64,000 nucleotides of DNA. Source: Bacillota bacterium. GTDB taxonomy: Bacteria; Bacillota; Sulfobacillia; Thermaerobacterales; RSA17. The stretch lies in the NCBI GenBank assembly GCA_017577485.2, contig PKRI02000004.1, positions 7,862 to 71,861 on the forward strand, written 5' to 3'. The notes below the pieces were generated by a model. That model saw only the letters and a list, made by a program, of their open reading frames with translations, did not search any database and was not told the DNA's origin. Position numbers and translations under genes: made by a program. Below, piece by piece: positions 59,750 to 64,000 of the stretch; position 1 is the stretch's first letter, and every line of letters starts with the position of its first letter.

Positions 59750-60542
59750 GGACCTGCTCATCGGCCAGTACTACGCCGTTTCCTCGCCGGTGCACCGCCT
59801 GGACCCCCGCAGCAAGATCCTGATCAGCCTGCTGCTGATCACAGTGCTCTTCGTGATCACCGACTTCTACGGCTACGCGGCGGCGGCGGCGGCCGTGGCC
59901 GGCGCCGCGCTGCTGGGCCGGGTGCCGCTGCGGCTGCTGCTGCGGGGCCTCAGGCCGGTGCTGTTCCTGCTGGTGCTGACGGTGGTGCTGCACGCCCTGA
60001 TGAGCGGCCGGGAGGGCCACGTGCTGGCGGCGCTGGGCCCGCTGGTGGTGACCGACGAGGGCCTGCTGCTGGGCCTGCGCATGGGCCTTCGCCTGGCGCT
60101 GCTGATCCTGGTGTCGTCGCTGCTGACGCTGACCACGTCGCCCATCGAGTTGACCGACGGCCTGGAGCGGCTGCTCGGGCCGGCCAACCGCATCGGCGTG
60201 CCGGTCCACGACCTGGCCATGATGATGACCATCGCCCTGCGCTTTATCCCGACGCTGATGGAAGAGGCCGACCGCATCATCAAGGCCCAGACCGCCCGCG
60301 GCGCCGATTTCCAGCAGGGTGGGCCGCTGCAGCGGGTGCGGTCCCTGGTGCCGGTGCTGGTTCCCCTGTTCGTCAGCGCCTTCCGGCGGGCCGACGACCT
60401 GGCGCTGGCCATGGAGGCCCGGGGCTACCGGGGCGGCGAGGGGCGCACCCGCTTCAAGCAGCTGCGCCTGGGCCCCCGCGACGCGGCGGCGGCGGTGGCG
60501 GCGCTGTCGGCGGCGGCCGTCATCATCTGGCTGGGGCGCTAG
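59733..60542 (+). CDS. ecfT: ECF transporter T component
   Basis: HRLDPRSK, IALRFIP, AQTARG and AMEARGY motifs. Confidence 0.93.
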   Translation: MRPVFRDLLIGQYYAVSSPVHRLDPRSKILISLLLITVLFVITDFYGYAAAAAAVAGAALLGRVPLRLLLRGLRPVLFLLVLTVVLHALMSGREGHVLAALGPLVVTDEGLLLGLRMGLRLALLILVSSLLTLTTSPIELTDGLERLLGPANRIGVPVHDLAMMMTIALRFIPTLMEEADRIIKAQTARGADFQQGGPLQRVRSLVPVLVPLFVSAFRRADDLALAMEARGYRGGEGRTRFKQLRLGPRDAAAAVAALSAAAVIIWLGR

Positions 60543-60557
60543 GCGGGAGGCGATGGC

Positions 60558-61355
60558 GTGGCACGGGCCCGGCGGCTCAAGCTGACGCTGGCGTACGACG
60601 GCACCGCCTTCCACGGGTTTCAGATCCAGGGCGACCGGCCCACGGTGCAGCTTTACCTCGAACAGGCGCTGAGCAGGGTGGCCGGCCACCCGGTGCGCGT
60701 CACCGCCGCCGGCCGCACCGACGCCGGGGTCCACGCGGCGGGGCAGGTGGTCCACGCCGACATCCGCGGCCGCATCCCCACCGAGCGCATCCCGGAGGCC
60801 GTCAACAGCCTGCTGCCCCCGGACATCGTGGTCTACCGCTGCGAGGAGGCGCCGCCGGATTTTCACGCCCGTTACAGCGCCACCGGCAAGGTGTACCGCT
60901 ACTCGGTGCTGGAAGCGCCCCACGACTGGCCCTTCATCCGGCGGTACGTGCTGCACAGCCCCCTGCGCCGCGACTGGGACCTGATCGCCCTGTGCATCCC
61001 CTACCTGAAGGGCCGGCGGGACTTCGCCGCATTCCAGTCGTCAGGCCGGCGCGCCCGGTCCACGGTGCGCAACCTGCGGCGCATCGAGATCACCCGGCAG
61101 GAGATGGGTTGGGGCACCATCCATCACCTGACCTTTGAGGCCGACGGTTTCCTTTACAATATGGTCCGCAACATCGTCGGCACGCTGCTGGAGGTGGGCG
61201 CCGGGCGGCGGCCGCCGTCCTGGGTGGCCGAGGTGCTGGAGTCCCGCGACCGGCGCCGGGCGGGCCCCACGGCGCCGCCCCAAGGCCTGACGCTGGTGGA
61301 GGTTCGTTACGACGGTCCGGCGGCGCCCGGCGGCGAGCCGGGAAGCCGCGCTTGA
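60558..61355 (+). CDS. truA: tRNA pseudouridine(38-40) synthase
   Basis: YDGT.FHGFQ, AGRTDAGVHA, FLYNMVR, TAPPQGL. Confidence 0.96.
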   Translation: MARARRLKLTLAYDGTAFHGFQIQGDRPTVQLYLEQALSRVAGHPVRVTAAGRTDAGVHAAGQVVHADIRGRIPTERIPEAVNSLLPPDIVVYRCEEAPPDFHARYSATGKVYRYSVLEAPHDWPFIRRYVLHSPLRRDWDLIALCIPYLKGRRDFAAFQSSGRRARSTVRNLRRIEITRQEMGWGTIHHLTFEADGFLYNMVRNIVGTLLEVGAGRRPPSWVAEVLESRDRRRAGPTAPPQGLTLVEVRYDGPAAPGGEPGSRA

Positions 61356-61381
61356 CAGGGTCCCGCTTTGTTGCCTACAAT
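61352..61381 (+). promoter_or_regulatory. SigA promoter for rplM-rpsI
   Basis: TTGACA-18nt-TACAAT overlapping the truA stop. Confidence 0.75.
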
Positions 61382-61420
61382 GCCGCTTGGCTCTTTGTTG
61401 CCTGTCAGGAGTGAAGACCG

Positions 61421-61852
61421 ATGCGCACCACCTACATGGCCAGGCCCGGCGACGTGCAGCGCCGGTGGTACGTCATCGACGCCGAAGGGAAGACCCTCGG
61501 CCGTCTCGCCACCCGCGTGGCCAGCGTCCTGCGCGGCAAGCACAAGCCGGAGTACACGCCCCACGTCGACACCGGCGATTTCGTCATCGTGGTCAACGCC
61601 GGCAAGGTGGCGCTGACCGGGACCAAGCTCGACAAGAAGAAGTATTACCGGCACAGCGGGCATCCGGGCGGGCTCAAGGAGTTCACCGCCCGCCAGCTGC
61701 TCCAGCGCGACCCGACCCGCCTGATCAAGCGGGCCGTCTGGGGCATGCTGCCCAAGGGACCGCTGGGCCGCCGGCAGTTCCGGAAGCTGAAGGTGTATGC
61801 GGGTCCGGAACACCCGCACCAGGCCCAGAAGCCCGAGGAACTGTCCCTCTGA
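61421..61852 (+). CDS. rplM: 50S ribosomal protein L13
   Basis: [29 protein letters not shown]. Confidence 0.98.
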   Translation: MRTTYMARPGDVQRRWYVIDAEGKTLGRLATRVASVLRGKHKPEYTPHVDTGDFVIVVNAGKVALTGTKLDKKKYYRHSGHPGGLKEFTARQLLQRDPTRLIKRAVWGMLPKGPLGRRQFRKLKVYAGPEHPHQAQKPEELSL

Positions 61853-61878
61853 ATCCCGTTTGACGGCAGGTGACGGTT

Positions 61879-62274
61879 TTGGCCATCTCGCTGCAGTACC
61901 AAGCCACGGGACGCCGCAAGGAAGCGGTGGCGCGGGTTCGCCTGGTCCCCGGCACCGGCCGCATCCTGGTCAACGGCCGGCCCTATGAGGAGTACTTCAC
62001 GTCGGTGACCCAGCGCCATCAGGTCATCGAGCCCCTGCAGCTGGCCGGCGCCCTGGACAAGTACGACGTGCTGGCCAACGTCTCGGGCGGTGGGCTTTCG
62101 GGCCAGGCCGGCGCCATCCGGCACGCGGTGGCCCGGGCCCTCACCGAGGCCGACGGCGCGCTGCGGCGGCCCTTGAAGAAGGCGGGCATGCTCACCCGCG
62201 ACCCGCGCATGAAGGAGCGCCGCAAGTACGGCCTGAAGAAGGCCCGCAAGGCGCCGCAGTTCAGCAAGCGCTGA
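61879..62274 (+). CDS. rpsI: 30S ribosomal protein S9
   Basis: [25 protein letters not shown]. Confidence 0.98.
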   Translation: MAISLQYQATGRRKEAVARVRLVPGTGRILVNGRPYEEYFTSVTQRHQVIEPLQLAGALDKYDVLANVSGGGLSGQAGAIRHAVARALTEADGALRRPLKKAGMLTRDPRMKERRKYGLKKARKAPQFSKR

Positions 62275-62373
62275 CGCCGGCGGCAGCCTGGCGCGGCGTG
62301 CGCCGGCGGAGCGGCCCCATCCCACGACTGTAACCCGGCAGCCCGGCATAGGTTGTCGCTGGGAGGCGACACC

Positions 62374-63132
62374 TTGGCGGGCTTTTTCGTCGTCGGGCCG
62401 GTGCGCCGCCGGCGGGCGGCGGCGCTGGCCCTGGTGCTGCTGCTGGCGCCGGCGGCGGCAGGCTGGCGCTGGCTGGAGGCGCGGGCGGCCGCGGACCAGC
62501 AGGCCCTGGCCTCGTTCCTGGCGGGACGGGTGGTGGTCATCGACCCCGGGCACGGTGGGCCGGATCCCGGCGCCTCGTCGGCGGACGGCCTCCTGGAGAA
62601 AGACGTGGTGCTGGCGGTGGCGCTGGAACTGCAGCGGCTGCTGGCGGCGGCCGGGGCGCAGGCCCACCTCACCCGGGATGCCGACATCGACCTCAGCGGC
62701 ATGCCGGATGCCAGCCTGCGGGAGCGCTGGCGGGCCGCCCACCGGCGCAGGGTGGAGATCGCCCGGGAGCGCGGCGCCGAGATCGTGGTCAGCGTCCACG
62801 CCAATGCGGTGCCGTCGCCGCGATGGTACGGCGCCCAGGTGTTCCACCGCCCCGGGGCCGACGAGGCCACCCGCAGCCTGGCCGCCCACATCCAGCGGGA
62901 ACTGCGCCACATCACCGCCGGCACCGACCGGCAGGTCAGCGACCATGTGGACCACTACCTGCTGAACAACGTCACGGTCCCCGCCGTCACCGTGGAGTTG
63001 GGGTTCCTGAGCAATCCCCGGGAGGCCCGGCTGCTGGCCCGGGAGGACTACCAGCGGAAACTGGCCTGGGCCATCTTCGTGGGCATCGCCCACTACTTCG
63101 CCGAGACCGGGCGGCCCGGGCTCAGGCCGTGA
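62374..63132 (+). CDS. cwlD: N-acetylmuramoyl-L-alanine amidase, CwlD-like (spore cortex)
   Basis: N-terminal [33 protein letters not shown]; position after rpsI as in Bacillota. Confidence 0.8.
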   Translation: MAGFFVVGPVRRRRAAALALVLLLAPAAAGWRWLEARAAADQQALASFLAGRVVVIDPGHGGPDPGASSADGLLEKDVVLAVALELQRLLAAAGAQAHLTRDADIDLSGMPDASLRERWRAAHRRRVEIARERGAEIVVSVHANAVPSPRWYGAQVFHRPGADEATRSLAAHIQRELRHITAGTDRQVSDHVDHYLLNNVTVPAVTVELGFLSNPREARLLAREDYQRKLAWAIFVGIAHYFAETGRPGLRP

Positions 63133-64000
63133 CGCCCAGCACCTGATCTTCCAGCCAGCGGGTGTGGATGCGGCCTGCGATGAAGTCGGGATGCTCCAGC
63201 AGGCGGCGGTGCAGCCCGGCGGTGGTCTTGACGCCTTCGATGCGCAGCTCGCTCAGGGCCCGCAGCATCCGCCGCCGCGCCTCCTCGCGGTCGCGGCCCC
63301 AGGCCACCAGTTTGGCGATCAGCGAGTCGTAATAGGGCTGCACCGCCACGCCGGCCCGTACGCCCTCGTCCAGGCGGACGCCCGGGCCCGTGGGCGGTAC
63401 GAAGGCCGTGATGGTGCCCGGCGACGGCATGAAGCGGTTGTCGGGGTCCTCGGCGTTGATGCGGCACTCGATGGCCCAGCCCTGGAAGGTGACGTCGTCC
63501 TGGTGGAAGGGCAGCGGCTCGCCGGCTGCCACGGCGATCTGGGCCTTCACCAGGTCGATGCCGGTGACCAGCTCGGTGACCGGGTGTTCCACCTGGATGC
63601 GGGTGTTCATCTCGATGAAGTAGAAGTTGCCGTGGCGGTCCACCAGGAACTCGACCGTGCCGGCGTTGACGTAGTTGACGGCCTGGGCGGCCCGGACGGC
63701 GGCCTCGGTGATGCGGCGGCGCAGGTCGGGGCTCACGGCCGGCGAGGGCGACTCCTCCAAAAGTTTCTGGCGGCGGCGCTGCACCGAACACTCCCGCTCG
63801 CCGAGATGGATGACGTTGCCCTCGGCGTCGGCCAGCACCTGCACCTCCACGTGGCGCGGCTCCTCCAGGAACTTCTCCAGGTACAGGTCGCCGCTGCCGA
63901 AGGCGGCGGCTGCCTCGCGTCCCGCCGCCGCCAGCGCCTCCCGCAGTTCCGCCTCGTCGTGGGCCACGCGGATGCCGCGCCCGCCGCCGCCCGCCGCCGC
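63122..64000 (-). CDS. accC: Biotin carboxylase (3' part; gene starts beyond the window edge)
   Basis: GGGGRG at the edge, [39 protein letters not shown]. Confidence 0.92.
   Translation of the reverse strand, partial: AAAGGGGRGIRVAHDEAELREALAAAGREAAAAFGSGDLYLEKFLEEPRHVEVQVLADAEGNVIHLGERECSVQRRRQKLLEESPSPAVSPDLRRRITEAAVRAAQAVNYVNAGTVEFLVDRHGNFYFIEMNTRIQVEHPVTELVTGIDLVKAQIAVAAGEPLPFHQDDVTFQGWAIECRINAEDPDNRFMPSPGTITAFVPPTGPGVRLDEGVRAGVAVQPYYDSLIAKLVAWGRDREEARRRMLRALSELRIEGVKTTAGLHRRLLEHPDFIAGRIHTRWLEDQVLGVTA

Noticed and set aside
62325-62354. CATAGGTT upstream of cwlD as a SigE promoter
   Set aside because: The -10 fits and the gene context is plausible, but no convincing -35 element is present.

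Overview
Core-genome window from a very GC-rich, probably spore-forming Bacillota. The lineage is inferred from sigH, cwlD, a SleB-like hydrolase, disA, a T-box and SigA-type promoters. Positions 1-22 kb hold a polar amino-acid ABC transporter, a four-gene pyruvate/2-oxoacid dehydrogenase operon, a LysM-SleB hydrolase, a relocated rpsD, a 2-oxoacid:ferredoxin oxidoreductase operon with AI-2E and YwhD genes, HD-trxB-radA-disA, carD-PIN/TRAM-ispD-ispF and an RlpA-like gene. Positions 22-64 kb hold a Cys T-box with cysE-cysS-rlmB, sigH, five tRNAs, rpmG-secE-nusG-rplKAJL-rpoBC, the str/S10/spc/alpha clusters, ecfAAT-truA, rplM-rpsI, cwlD and part of accC. I saw no mobile element or CRISPR array. 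The best hidden signal is an 80-codon Rdx/SelW-family selenoprotein gene (7796-8038, minus strand; CxxU with an in-frame UGA and a downstream SECIS-like hairpin) that the ORF track misses. Other notable points: two genes that appear to need non-canonical start codons (ATC for the LysM hydrolase, CTG for cysE), absence of rpmD (L30) from the spc operon, atypical residues in S12, L6 and RpoB, and an HD-hydrolase/trxB pair in place of the clpC operon upstream of radA-disA. All family assignments come from motif recognition by eye; no database search was run.
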